In this document: piece after piece, positions 13,800 to 26,609 of the stretch
How positions within the stretch are numbered: position 1 is the first letter of the stretch
Layout: each line of letters opens with the position of its first letter
Origin: Octopus vulgaris
Taxonomy: Eukaryota
Length of the DNA stretch: 64,000 nucleotides
Direction: 5' to 3'
NCBI GenBank assembly: GCA_951406725.2
Contig: OX597817.1
Location: 65,782,001 to 65,846,000 of the forward strand
Translations under genes and position numbers: made by a program
Notes under the pieces: generated by a model
Database searches by the model: none
The model's input: the letters and a program-made list of their open reading frames with translations, nothing else
Told to the model about the DNA's origin: nothing

Positions 13800-13887
13800 T
13801 ATGTACGTATGTATGTATGTATGTATGTATGTATGTATGTATGTATGTATGTATGTATGTATGTATGTATGCATGTATGTATGTTTG

Positions 13888-14080
13888 TAATAAAAATTTA
13901 ACTCACATTTACAATACGAATCATTTTATAAACGCAAAAGCACGTTTGAATGTTGAGGCGGCCATGGCTTCAAAATAACGACAGCCAAAATTATTTAGAA
14001 GCCGTGACCGACTAGCAACACACTATTGAAGCTTCTGGAAGATTAGACGTGCCTTTACATCGGTGAAACTTTTAGTAACG
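13888..14080. mobile_element. Small palindromic MITE-like element
   Basis: Inverted arms CGGCCATGGCTTCAAAATAA / TTATTTAGAAGCCGTGACCG, with outer GCACGTTTGAAT / ATTAGACGTGC. Confidence 0.45.
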
Positions 14081-14117
14081 CATAATACACATAGACACAC
14101 ACACACACACAACACGC

Positions 14118-14149
<32 letters not shown>

Positions 14150-14609
14150 CACACACACACATCACACACACACAATTATATATATATATGTACTTACACT
14201 TACATAGATACGTGCGCCCACGCACACACACGTCGGTGTAAAATGAAATTAAATGCTATACATTTATATCTATTGAAAATAATGAGAAAGAACTGCTAGC
14301 AGACGATTATGTCCCCACTATTATATTGCAGATGCTGTCACAAAGGAAGCAATATTCCAACAGTCTGGTGACAGTTAAACGTTCATTTATTATAAATTTA
14401 TCGAACATTATCTTCTGCCAATCCGCATCTCCCTCTCTGTAAATCTGTTTGTCTATCTGTCCGTTCGTCCGTTTGTCTTTTTGTCTGTCTACCTGTTTCT
14501 CTGGATACACACATATACACACACATATCTGCATTTGTGTGCATGTATGTGTATACATATATATACATGTATGTATGTATGTATGTATGTATGTATGTAT
14601 GTATGTATG

Positions 14610-14643
<34 letters not shown>

Positions 14644-14691
14644 TGTATGTATGTATGTATGTATTTATATATGTATGTGTACATGTATGTA

Positions 14692-15856
14692 ACAGGTAAA
14701 ATGGGACAAATTTCAAATGGGTATATTTCTAATTTTATAGATTTTGTTGGAGTCTAAATTTTAAATATTACCAGCTTGAATTATCACTTGTACTATTTTG
14801 TATTTCAGATTGAAAAAAAAATACGAATGCTAATAAAGAATTAAGGCGCGGAAATGTAATTGCTGAATTATTCCACGCCGGCGAAGTGCTGGGGAGATTG
14901 TTAGATCCACAAAGTATGCCAAAGGTACTGTTTTTAGAGTTGTAGCCCCATAGTCCTCGCAGTGACCGAAAACGCACACCTCGTGTCTTAACAGGACTTG
15001 AAAGATTGATTGGGACGAACCCATCAAAATCGATGCCTCAAGACCGAGGAATCAGTAAAATGACCGTTTCTAGGGCTGTGAGACAAGACATATGAAACCG
15101 TACGTGAGGAGACACTATAACATCCAAACTACCCACTCCAAAGCCATTCGAACTGAAAGATGTCCCAAACTTCTTAGTCATCTGAAACATCGTGACGGAG
15201 ACGTCCGCATCTTGGTGGATGAAAAGAAGTTCATGATGGACGAAGTTGCAAACTGCCAAAACTCACGAATCCGCTTTCCATTATGGTCTTTGGGGCTGTT
15301 GCAAGTGATGGGAAATCGATGCCTCCTCATTTTATTGAAGCGGTTCTTAAAATCAACACAGCAGAGTATCTCAAAATCTTAGAAGTTTTGTTGCCTTGGA
15401 TTAAGAAGCATTATGATGAAAGTCGAGTCATGTTTGTACAGAACTCTGCGTCAGCCCATTCTTCGAAAAGAGTGAATGAATTTTTGAAGAATTGCCCATG
15501 TTTGTCCCTAAAGATATCTGGTCCCCGAGCTAGTCGGATTGTAATCCGTGTGAGTTTTGGCTATGAGGTAGAGCTGAAGCAATATCCAACGTAATTTCTC
15601 ACAACTGTGTGTCTTCACTGAAGGCTTCTATCAAGCAAGCATTCAGTAAAATGAAAAAGGAAGAAATAGTTAAGGCACGTGCATAATTTAGTAAACAAAT
15701 TGAACTAGTAAAGAAAGCAAATGACGGTCAAATTGAATTGAAAAAAGTGCAAAACACTCCACAATAAATTGGCATAAACGTAAAACTTGCAGAGCTTGAT
15801 TTTTCCGAGTTATACCAATTATATAAAATATATTCAAATGGTCCCAGTTTGCCTGT
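14692..15856 (+). mobile_element. Tc1/mariner-superfamily DNA transposon, maT (DD37D)-like, decayed
   Basis: Imperfect TIRs CAGGTAAAATGGGAC / GTCCCAGTTTGCCTG; transposase remnants ILVDEKKF, MVFGAVASDGKSMPPHFIE, MFVQNSASAHSSK, FVPKDIWSPS*SDCNP. Confidence 0.8.
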
Positions 15857-16320
15857 GATGTGTGGGACTTAGCTGATACAAATAGCAGTCAAAATTGCCC
15901 TCGAATCACACTCTTTTGTTAGACGTATGTGAAAACAAGATATGGTGTGAACGACGCCCTTGGATTGTAGGATACTTGCACTTCTGTGTCGCTTCACTTT
16001 GTCAGCTACGAACGTCGAATAACTTTCAAGCCCGATAAGAACGAAATTATTCTTTTTAAAACAGATTCATATTAAAGCAGCATAATGTATTAGAAAAGAA
16101 GTACAAATTGCATTGTATGCTCTTGAACACACTGTCACAAGGTAAAAGTCGAAACGCTCATGGCTGGAGTACTTTCGAACATGTCCGTTAGATTTGAAGA
16201 TCTAACAGATATAGTCACGGCTGAAACACTTTTGATCGTTGATAGATATGTACGATCACGAATGATCTGGGGCGAAACAACGACAATAACAAATACAGAC
16301 AGCACAGCAACATTTTACGT
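15856..16320 (+). repeat. Mosaic local duplication (copy of 25739-26049 with a 179-bp insert identical to 17293-17471)
   Basis: Direct base-by-base comparison within the window. Confidence 0.9.
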
Positions 16321-16736
16321 GCTGTACATGTGTGTGTGTGCGCGTGTAATAAATAATAACAGGCGATGGATTATTGTCAGCTCATTATTACAGCTGTTTG
16401 TTGTGCATTTTTAATAGAAGTATGAGAGCATTGCTTCATTACAAAAAACCGTAATCATCAGATGAAGCGTAATTTTACAAACAATTTGATTATGATACAC
16501 CAAGTGGATTTACGACTAGTCGGACACACTAGAGTAAACCAACAACGTACAATTCAACGTAACGCGTGCTTTGGACCAGCCCCTAGGCGCTAAATACTCA
16601 TAGGGTTGGTTTCTCTGTATAAACAACTGGAATATCCTATTTAATACTTACCAACCATAGGCTAGAACCAATAGTTTATCCAATCCTACCGAGTGCATAT
16701 CTTTTCAAGTACCTGCTTCTATCTGAATCCTTATTT

Positions 16737-16910
<174 letters not shown>

Positions 16911-17092
16911 AAATAAATATCTATATGTGTGTGTACACACATACATACACACTTTTAATAATTTACTGGCTCCAGACATCTTTTTTTACTACAACGTATT
17001 TGACAAACAGTTAAGTTACAAGACATTCATAAGTGTAATATGAACAATATCACTGGTTTTAGACGGATGAAAAATGCTAAACATGCTTACAA

Positions 17093-17149
<57 letters not shown>

Positions 17150-17234
17150 TGTGTGTGCGTGCGCGCGCGCGCGTACAAGTGTATTTATGTATATGCACAC
17201 ACACACATTCCTATAAAACCCATACTAAACACTT

Positions 17235-17865
17235 TCGTGTTCATTAATACCTGAGAAGACTTTTCGCTGCGGAAATAGTCTCGAGAGAAAATTCTTTTGT
17301 TAGACGTATGTGAAAACAAGATATGGTGTGAACGACGCCCTTGGATTGTAGGATACTTGCACTTCTGTGTCGCTTCACTTTGTCAGCTACGAACGTCGAA
17401 TAACTTTCAAGCCCGATAAGAACGAAATTATTCTTTTTAAAACAGATTCATATTAAAGCAGCATAATGTATGTATTCTGATGGGCGTAAACCTTGCTCTT
17501 GCTAGGATTAAATCAATAATCTCGCACAAAGCAGAGTTGACTGAAATATATTCGTGTAGTTATATTCACCTTGTTCGAATGCCTTCATATGTAAGAAGAC
17601 CTTCTGTTGCAGAGATGATCCTGACAGAAAATTTTCCTGTTAGATATGTTTGAAGACACAAGAATAATTTCGTCCCCACTGGACTGTGATTGACAGATTT
17701 GATGTTCGTAGCTGATGCAGTGAAACGATTCAGAAATGCATGTGTCTTATGTTCAAATGGCGTAATTCACAGCCATGTTATGTTTTCACACATATCTAGA
17801 AGGAGCATACTTTCTCGGAACTATTTTCTCACGTCCGAGTGCACTCGAACGTGCTGAACATGAAT
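17235..17865. mobile_element. Old MITE/foldback element with long degenerate terminal inverted repeats
   Basis: About 17270-17395 is the reverse complement of about 17703-17830 (e.g. GTCAGCTACGAAC / GTTCGTAGCTGA; ATGTGAAAACA / TGTTTTCACAC). Confidence 0.65.
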
Positions 17866-17905
17866 TTACATGAATATAGATTTAATTCAACGCTACTTCA
17901 TACCA

Positions 17906-17952
<47 letters not shown>

Positions 17953-18001
17953 GCATACTCACATACCTATACATATATACATACATACATACATACATAC
18001 A

Positions 18002-18037
<36 letters not shown>

Positions 18038-18045
18038 TACACATA

Positions 18046-18076
<31 letters not shown>

Positions 18077-18199
18077 GGTGGTGTTGGTGGTGTGTGTGTA
18101 TGTGTGTTTGGTTGAACAAACAGAATATATAAAACTCAATATATTAGAATATATACATACTTTTTATTTTTGGCTGGTGATTAACAGAAGTTACATAGT

Positions 18200-19250
18200 G
18201 ATTTAGGGGCCAAGACTTTGATAAGTGCCATGCACGAAACTATGTTTATACATATACAGAAGCTTGTAGTTGTACCAAAACAAATTTCACTTTTTACGGG
18301 CTCCAGATCTTTCGTTTTAATACATGTGTTCCAACATAATTTCAGTCACTCAATATGTCAGTATTCTGTGAGAAGCTTTGATTTACTTCTACGTAAGAAT
18401 ATCTGAAATGAATTGATATTGTAAGACGATGTCTATTTTCTTACAGTATATTTGAAGTTGGCAGATTGTAAGAAAATAATTTGATTCCATCATGGGAGAT
18501 ACATGTGTTCGCTAACAGTATTTCTGAGTGGTTGACTGATTGGTTGCTTCGCTGATTGATTGGATACGCTATCATCCAAGTTCATTTTAATATCAGAATT
18601 TCTCTCATCTCATCATTCTGAAAAGTAATGTTTCCCAACATGTCTTCTACAGTTATCATCAACCTGACATTTCATACATTTGCCGGAGTCGGTTATAAAT
18701 ATAGTACCAGTCAAGTACTAAGGTTGATTTGATATTCCTTACTATAAAAGCATAGAAGATGTAAATGGAATAACAATAGTAATCTAAGACGAAGACAAGC
18801 CTATTTTTTTCTAATGTTACATTCATAGAGCAAATAAAATTGTTAGATAATAAAATTTCTCCTAAGTGAGATGAGACTGAACAGTTTCTGCTTCCTCTTT
18901 TAAAATGCGTTTCAACACCCCGTGCCTGGAATCCCTGTTTCCCATTAGCTATGATGGTTCCGCATTTTCATGTTTCGTTTCTTATAAGAGTGGTATCCGT
19001 GCTCTGCTAGGGTGCGGAGATCTCCAAAGCATTTTATATAATCTGGTGTTTAGCATGATAGCAATGTACAGCAAAGCCTATCATGCTTTGAGCAATGATA
19101 GTAGAGAAGGGTGAAATATGTATGTAAATCTCTTTGGTCTTGCATTCACACAGTGAGATGTTTGAGCCTTTATGAGCATCCTAGTGTATATCTTTATATA
19201 CACCAGGTTTTATATCAATCGGCATACTTTCATATTTTGACTATTTTATA
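18200..19250 (-). mobile_element. Possible very old piggyBac-like transposase relic
   Basis: Minus-strand SLCECKT, KCGTIIANGKQGF..FKRG (cf. piggyBac CGTVRxNRKG..LKRG) and a Cys-rich end (C..FRAWH); heavily disrupted. Confidence 0.3.
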
Positions 19251-20028
19251 AATTTCTGTGATGTTTCGATTAGTTTAATAATTAAGAGTTTCGTGGGGTC
19301 CTTTACGAACACGCTTGCTTTTACATTTTAAATTATACGTGAATATTTTTCTTATAGTAGTAAAAAATATATCATATTCTCAAAATGGAGAATACAAGTT
19401 AGTATGGAATGATTTTGGTTGATATCGCCATAGTTGGTATGAATTATTTCTTTGAATTGTAAATACATCTATGAATAGAGATGCTTTGATGTTCTATATT
19501 TTTTATGTAGATATAGATCAAGGCCTCTGTATATATAATAGACGCAATCATAACTTTCTTTTTATTTTTTTTTTCGTATATTTGAACTATATATTCATAT
19601 ATTTTTATAATGCTTTTTTTAAACTTTTCTTTCTGTTTTTAAACGTGTTGATGTACTAATGTGTATTATGTTTTGTAGTATGAGTATTGACATTACACTG
19701 AATTGTATAACATTAACTGAATTTTTATAACATTATATGTATTACAACATCAGTTATTTTGTCGAAATCACCTTCTTTACATTTTAGTTTGTATATAGCG
19801 AAATACGTTCTTTTGGTACCTCTTTTTATGATATATCCGATATATTAGATTTCTTTTGATAGATAATACATTTCTTAAATCCTGTTGTATATATATTTAT
19901 TTAATTATTCTTTGAGTCTCATTCTTAGTGTGGGGTAGATTTTAGATCACCACGTTTAACAATAATATTCATTGAGTAATTTTTTTCCTCCGTAAATACG
20001 AGTTTCATTATTACATTACATTTACAAC

Positions 20029-20615
20029 GAGGTGAGCTGGCAGAAACGTTAGCACGCCGGGCGAAATGCTTAGCGATATCTCGTCTGCCGTTACTTTCTG
20101 AGTTCAAGTTCCACCGAGGTCGACTTTGCCTTTCATCCTTTCGGGGTCGATAAATTAAGTAATCGACTTAATCCCTTTGTCTGTCCTTATTTGTCCCCTT
20201 TATGTTTAGCCCCTTGTGGGCAATAAAGAAATAAGAATCGTTGGCGCGCTGGATTAAATGCTTAGCGGTATTTCGCCTGTCGCTACGTTCTGAGTTCAAA
20301 TTCTGCCGAGGTCGACTTTGCCTTTCATCCTTTCGGGGTCGATTAAATAAGTACCAGTTACGCACTGGGGATCGATATAATCGACTTGATCCGTTTGTCT
20401 GTCCTTGTTTGTCCTCTCTGTGTTTAGCCCCTTGTGGATAGTAAAGAAATAGGTATTTCGCCTGTCGCTACGTTCTGAGTTCAAATTCCGCTGAGGTTGA
20501 CTTTAACTTTCATCCTTTTGGAGTCGATAAAATAAGTACCAGTTGAATACTAAGGTCGATGTAATTGATTCATCCCCTCACCCAAATCGCTGCCCTTGTG
20601 GTAAAATTTGAATCC
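20029..20615 (+). mobile_element. Tandem/chimeric cluster of three SINE family C copies (Nin-domain-like)
   Basis: Three repeats of GAGTTCAAATTC..GAGGTCGACTTTGCCTTTCATCCTTTCGGGGTCGATAAA at about 20029-20233, 20234-20451 and 20452-20615; flanking CATTA(T)TACATT direct repeats. Confidence 0.9.
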
Positions 20616-21008
20616 ATTATATTACATTTATTTCACAACTATTTTCTGTAGTTCATTTACTTTCTTATAGATATGTTTTGGAATGAATTGTTAAAGCCTC
20701 AATTATACACAACTTCAGTACTAACTATATTTTTTAAAGTTTTTTCTTATTAATTGTAGATTTTGCTTTTACAAAGTTGGCAGTAATATATCTTTAAAAT
20801 CAAAATCATATCAATGGATTTTTACCTGAAATTGTTAGCAGTAAATCATCGAGATCTCGAGAAATCATATAAAATATTTTAATCCTCATCGAATAAGAAG
20901 CTACAATAGCCAATTCTAAAGGCCTAAAACAGAGTATTTGTCTTTTCGTTGCTAAAATAATGGTGTTCTTTTTTAAAAAATTAAAGAGTATCCTATATTT
21001 TTCTTTAT

Positions 21009-21088
<80 letters not shown>

Positions 21089-21169
21089 GAGTGAGTGTGT
21101 GTATGTGTGAGTGTGTGCATGCGCGCGCGAAGGTTTATGTATATGTATGTATATACACACACATACATA

Positions 21170-21460
21170 TACGCGGAGTAGATGAAAACAGGGACAACTG
21201 AAGAAGGTGAATATTCCTTGTGTTGTATGTCTTGTTTCTCTGTTTTTTTTTTCGTTGTTTGAAAAAAAGTTCGTTTCTATGTTTTTGTTTTATGTTTTTG
21301 TTTCTCATTGTGTTCAACGTTTTTTTGATGTTCTGTACCCATATATGCATACATATAAACACATATATATGTAGGTATGTACATATATGTACGTATATAT
21401 GCATATATTTATATATTATTTATATTTTTATGTGATCGAACGCCACGCATCCTTTTCCAA
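21170..21460 (+). mobile_element. Penelope-type pLTR-like non-coding repeat
   Basis: Closely matches 38200-38455; contains ACAACTGAAGAAGG typical of PLE termini. Confidence 0.6.
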
Positions 21461-21474
21461 GTATATACATATAT

Positions 21475-22546
21475 ATTATATGTAGAAAAATACAAACTGG
21501 GACAAGAACGTAAAACATTTAGAAGACGATACAAAAAACACGGACGGGACATTCGAAATCTTCAATCTTCAGTCAAGAACCGGATCATCCTAGCAATTTC
21601 GGCTGATTAATCTTGAGATCGCTCCGATCCGGCCAGCCCCAAGGAAAAACTAAGCTACGAGCATTAGATTTATTGGAAGAAGGATCGAATGTATACGAAA
21701 CAGGGACAGAAAAACGGACGAAGCCACACGAATATAAAATACAAAAAACAATAATGGTAAAAACAGGACAAAAACAGCGGGTGTCTTACGACTAATAAAC
21801 AGTACAACAAGTTTAGATGGCGTATTTGGAAAAAATGCCTTTATCGGCAGACGAAGACAACAATGTTCTCACGGCAGTGGTCGGAGGCCAAAAGGCTGAT
21901 TTTGACCAGCGGTCACGTGAGAGAAGAGAGAGAAAAGAAAGGGGGCAAAGGAAACAAAGAGAGAGAGAAAGAGGGACGAAGGCAACAAAGGGGGGAGAAG
22001 AGAGAGAAAGAAGGAATTAAAGAGTGGAGAAGAAAGAGTGAGTGCCAGGGATTGGCTAGTGAGTGCAAAGTGAGAAAGACAGAGAATTGTGAGAGAGTGG
22101 GGGGAAGAGTAGACCAAAGAATCAGAGGCAAGAAAAGAGAAAAGGAAGAGAAGTAGAGAGAGAGAGAGAGAGAAGGGAACAGATCAAAGTAGAGTGCAAA
22201 GTGTGAAAGGCAGAGAAATGTAGGAGAGAGAGACAGTGTGTAGAGTCGTACCAAATTTACAGGAATATGTACTTACATAAGGCCAACGAGGGTACGGACG
22301 TCGCTATATATATTATATGCAGAAAAATACAAACTGGGACAAGAACGTAAAATATTTAGAAGACGATACAAAAAACACGGACAGGACATTCGAAGCCTTC
22401 AATCTTCAGTCAAGAACCGGATCATCCTAGCAATTTTGGCTGATTAATCTTGAGATCGCTCCGATCCGGCCAGTCCCAAGGAAAAACTAAGCTACGAGCA
22501 TTAGATTTCTTGGAAGAAGGATCGAATGTATACGAAACAGGGACAG

Positions 22547-22548
<2 letters not shown>
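21475..22548 (-). mobile_element. Non-coding element with about 230-bp direct terminal repeats (PLE pLTR / retrozyme-like architecture)
   Basis: About 21475-21709 recurs at about 22312-22548 (period 837 bp); segments are also shared, inverted, with 53950-54112. Confidence 0.65.
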
Positions 22549-22602
<54 letters not shown>

Positions 22603-22603
22603 C

Positions 22604-22640
<37 letters not shown>

Positions 22641-22679
22641 AAGAGAGAGACAGACAGACAGACAGAAAGAGAGAGACAC

Positions 22680-22722
<43 letters not shown>

Positions 22723-22737
22723 ACACGCACACACACA

Positions 22738-22976
22738 TTATTGAAATTTTCAAAGTGAGAAAAGCACTCCTGATTGTTCGGATTCCTACTTCTGAGTAAC
22801 GAGGCTTTTACGGCTTCGAGGTAAAACGCATTAGCATTGGCTAACAAGAATGAGTCTTGCTTATCATCCAATGATAATCAACCTTACCTAGAAGCTGTAA
22901 AAGCTTTGTAGCTCAAAAGCAGTAATTCAATCGATTGAAAATGTGTTTCTGACTTCTGTAAAAACTTGAAGTAATA
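22738..22976. mobile_element. About 240-bp degenerate palindrome (MITE-like)
   Basis: GCTTTTACGGCTTCGAGGTAA..ATTAGCATTGG pairs with CCAATGATAAT..TTACCTAGAAGCTGTAAAAGC; pairing extends outward to both ends. Confidence 0.7.
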
Positions 22977-23450
22977 TGGTCCTGCAACAAATCGTTAACT
23001 CAAATGCATATAAACTTTATACGATGTAGTGCGCGCTCTTTTCTTTCGTTTGTACATCTATACAATAACACATACACACGCACACCTACATACACACTTA
23101 CGCACATACATACAACATACATATATACATAGACACATACACATACATATATAATGGCTGTCCTCTCGTGACCGTGGAAGACCATCACTGATTATCAAAA
23201 ACGTTGTGCACTCCGACAAATTTATATTTTACACTCTTGGCTCTACTGACGACTAATTAACCCAGCCCTTGACGAACCTACATATCCACAGATAATGCAA
23301 ACCAAGCTTCCCTCATTCACTACACCAACGGTGTGTTTTTGGACAGGCCGCTTAAATTCTGCATGAAAAATGTGTACTTTTTCGAAAACACTCACTTCTT
23401 TTACTTGTTTCCTCTCCTAACTGACCCCCCATATTTGCTTATATACATAC

Positions 23451-24764
23451 AACGACAGGCTCTTCGTAAGAAGAGCTGAAGAAACTAGAGGCTTGAGATC
23501 ACTGCAGACAGCCTTCGAATGTCATATAGTCTTTCTCTCAAGTACCTGTATTTCAAAGGGCCGGCCTTGTCATTCTCTGTGTCACGCTGAATATCCCCAA
23601 GAACTACGTTAAGGGTACACGTGTCTGTGGAGTGCTCAGCCACTTACACGTTAATTTCACGAGCAGGCTGTTCCGTTGATCGGATCAACCGGAACCCTCG
23701 TCGTCGTAACCGACGGAGTGCTTCTCTTAAAGTCTTTCTCAGACAGCACTTGTTAAACAGCAACAGCAAAATAAATACATTAACGTAGAGCTAAAAAGTG
23801 AAAAGAACAATATCCAACATATCGGCAACAAGCTCCTCAGGAAGCATTCTTTTTCTGATGATCTCCCATACAAGTCCAAAACAGCCGGACTAGCATACCT
23901 CAAAGAAGGCCTAGATGTGAAACGCTCAGCGTACCAAAGAAAAAAGGATTATGCGTGTACATGTTTCTCAAAGACTTGAAGAAGACAGTAATATCGACAT
24001 AAAGTGCAGCCTCTCTTAGAATTGTGAACGCTATGTCACACTTCAAAGGATGTGCATTTGCAATCCAAGATTCTGCAACGAAATACCAAATAAGCATAAG
24101 AGAAATTGAAACCCTTGGAGCTCCAAGATGCAACCGAAAATGTTGATTATGTTGTACTTCTATGGAAGACATCACACATGTGATTACCTCCCAATGCGAC
24201 ACAGCGTTGTCTCAAAAACAATATACAATCTCATTCGGCAAAATGATTATATTGGAATAAATATATAGTGCCTCTGTTATTGAATACATTCACAAGCATC
24301 AACAAAAGGAGTACTAGTAGAACTTTCCCATCAAAATATCTGTCAAGTGTAAGCATAAAAGGCCGGAAACTGTTGTTAGAGACAGACAAGTAAAAGTATG
24401 TACCATCATGGAGATCTGCTGTCCTACTGGTGAGAATATCTCTTTCAAAATCAAAGAGTAAGAGGATAAATATGGACAACTGCTTCGAAACTTCCAGCTT
24501 CTGTATCCAGATAATAAATTCTCATTTATACAAATAGTAATTGGTTCACTTGGTTTTGTAAGTAAATGCCTAAGTGACAATCTGGATATGTTTGGATTTT
24601 CAGAGAAAATCAATCAACTAGCTTGCACGTTATAGATACAATCTGTAAGTGGAACAGTAAAAGTATACAAGCCTTCCCTCGAGTTTAAAATGCAACGTTG
24701 TTTTTGTTAGAAACGATTGCCTACATCAAAGGAAGAATTTAAATGATTAAAAACAGAAGAGAAC
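23451..24764 (+). mobile_element. R4/Dong-clade retrotransposon, TACA lineage, 5'-truncated, interrupted by a SINE-like insert
   Basis: DRLFVRR..RGLRSLQTAFECHIVFL|RQHLL, HFKGCAFAIQD, CNRKC*LCCTSMEDITHVI, YGQLLRNFQLLYPDNKF; starts after ATACATAC; 3' end GAAGAGAAC identical to 8661-8669. Confidence 0.85.
23538..23730 (+). mobile_element. Short retroposed insert (SINE-like 3' fragment) with 10-bp TSD
   Basis: AGTCTTTCTC at 23528-23537 and 23731-23740; removing the insert restores the host reading frame context. Confidence 0.75.
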
Positions 24765-24835
<71 letters not shown>

Positions 24836-24840
<5 letters not shown>

Positions 24841-25062
24841 CTTTATTGCCCACATGGGGCTAAACATAGAGGGGACAAACAAGGACAGACAAAGGGATTA
24901 AGTCGATTACATCGACCCCAGTGCGTAACTGGTACTTATTTAATCGACCCCGAAAGGATGAAAGGCAAAGTCGATCTCGGCGGAATTTGAACTCAGAACT
25001 TAGTGACAGACGAAATACTGCTAAGCATTTCGCCCAGCGTGCTAACGATTCTGCTAGCTCGC
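24836..25062 (-). mobile_element. SINE family C, near full length
   Basis: Reverse complement of the copies at 28254 and 30754. Confidence 0.9.
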
Positions 25063-25100
25063 TTTATATATATATATACGCTGTGTGTGTGAGTGAGTGA

Positions 25101-25150
<50 letters not shown>

Positions 25151-25738
25151 TGGTTTTTCAGCACGGTTTCTGTTTATAAAAATCCACACAAAAGGCACAT
25201 GGTACCGTCGAAAAAAGATACGCTGTGAGATCGAACCCAGAACCACGTGACTGCAAGTGAAGATTTGTATATATGTGTACACACTCACGCACATATACAC
25301 GCATGCACATTCGTAAACACATTTTCCTGTGAAGATTCTGTAATGTTATTATTTTTTCTTTAACTCATAAATTACTTTTACCTCGTCTACGAGTGAAAGT
25401 AAGATGACCAAATGTTACAAAGAAATTGAAAGCACATTTTTCCATACATCCTGATTAGTGAAACAACTCCTGTGGATATGTAATTGAATCGTTCATGTTA
25501 ACACGCAATGAGCGTAACTAGATAAAATGATGGTAAATGAATGTTTGTGGTTCAAAGTCAAACTCTACATCAAAAATAGAGGGTTGTTGTCGAAGCAGAT
25601 AACAGGATTGTCAGCCAGCAAGGTTAAACAATACTATTACGATGAGACTGTTTAATGAGAGGAACAAGTAAACAAGAGTAGAGACGGCTGCATTGATAGC
25701 AATTAGTTTTACAATGGTTAAACGCATCTGGATCAAAG

Positions 25739-26049
25739 TGATGTGTGGGACTTTGTACGTAATCACTTAGCTGATACAAATAGCAGTCAAAATTGCCCTC
25801 GAATCACACTCCGTTGTCTTAGAAAAGAAGTACAAATTGCATTGTATGCTCTTGAACACACTGTCACAAGGTAAAAGTCGAAACGCTCATGGCTGGAGTA
25901 CTTTCGAACATGTCTGTTAGATTTGGAGATCTAACAGATATAGTCACGGCTGAAACGCTTTTGATCGTTGATAGACATGTACGATCACGAATGATCTGGG
26001 GCGAAAGAACGACAATAACAAATACAGACAGCACAGCAACATGTTACGT
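25739..26049 (+). repeat. Old interspersed repeat remnant (related pieces at about 27810-28060, 31320-31520, 34400-34560)
   Basis: Shared motifs AAATAGCAGTCAAA..CCCTC.AATCAC and GTCATGGCTGGA..CTTTGATC..TGATCTGGGG. Confidence 0.5.
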
Positions 26050-26276
26050 TTTGAGCTTAAATCCCTCCTGCTTGAATAGTATACTTAATCTATTGCCAGT
26101 TTAGTGCCATCATCTGGTACTTAGATACATTTAGCGTAACTTTAGCAGAGTTTACTCTATTACAAACATTCGTGTCATGTCTTTGAGTTGAAAATATCCT
26201 TCCTCCTCTTTCCGTCCCGATAATCTTGGAGGCCTTGTAATGAGACATGGGCATCGCCTTCTTCCTTGACCAAAAG

Positions 26277-26367
<91 letters not shown>

Positions 26368-26410
26368 GAACAATAACAACAACAACAAGAACAATAACAA
26401 CAATAATAAC

Positions 26411-26457
<47 letters not shown>

Positions 26458-26501
26458 TAATAATAATAATGATGATGATAATGATAATGATAATAATAAT
26501 A

Positions 26502-26566
<65 letters not shown>

Positions 26567-26570
26567 AATG

Positions 26571-26608
<38 letters not shown>
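26277..26608. repeat. Compound (TAA)/(CAA)/(TGA) trinucleotide array
   Basis: Directly visible. Confidence 0.95.
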
Positions 26609-26609
<1 letters not shown>

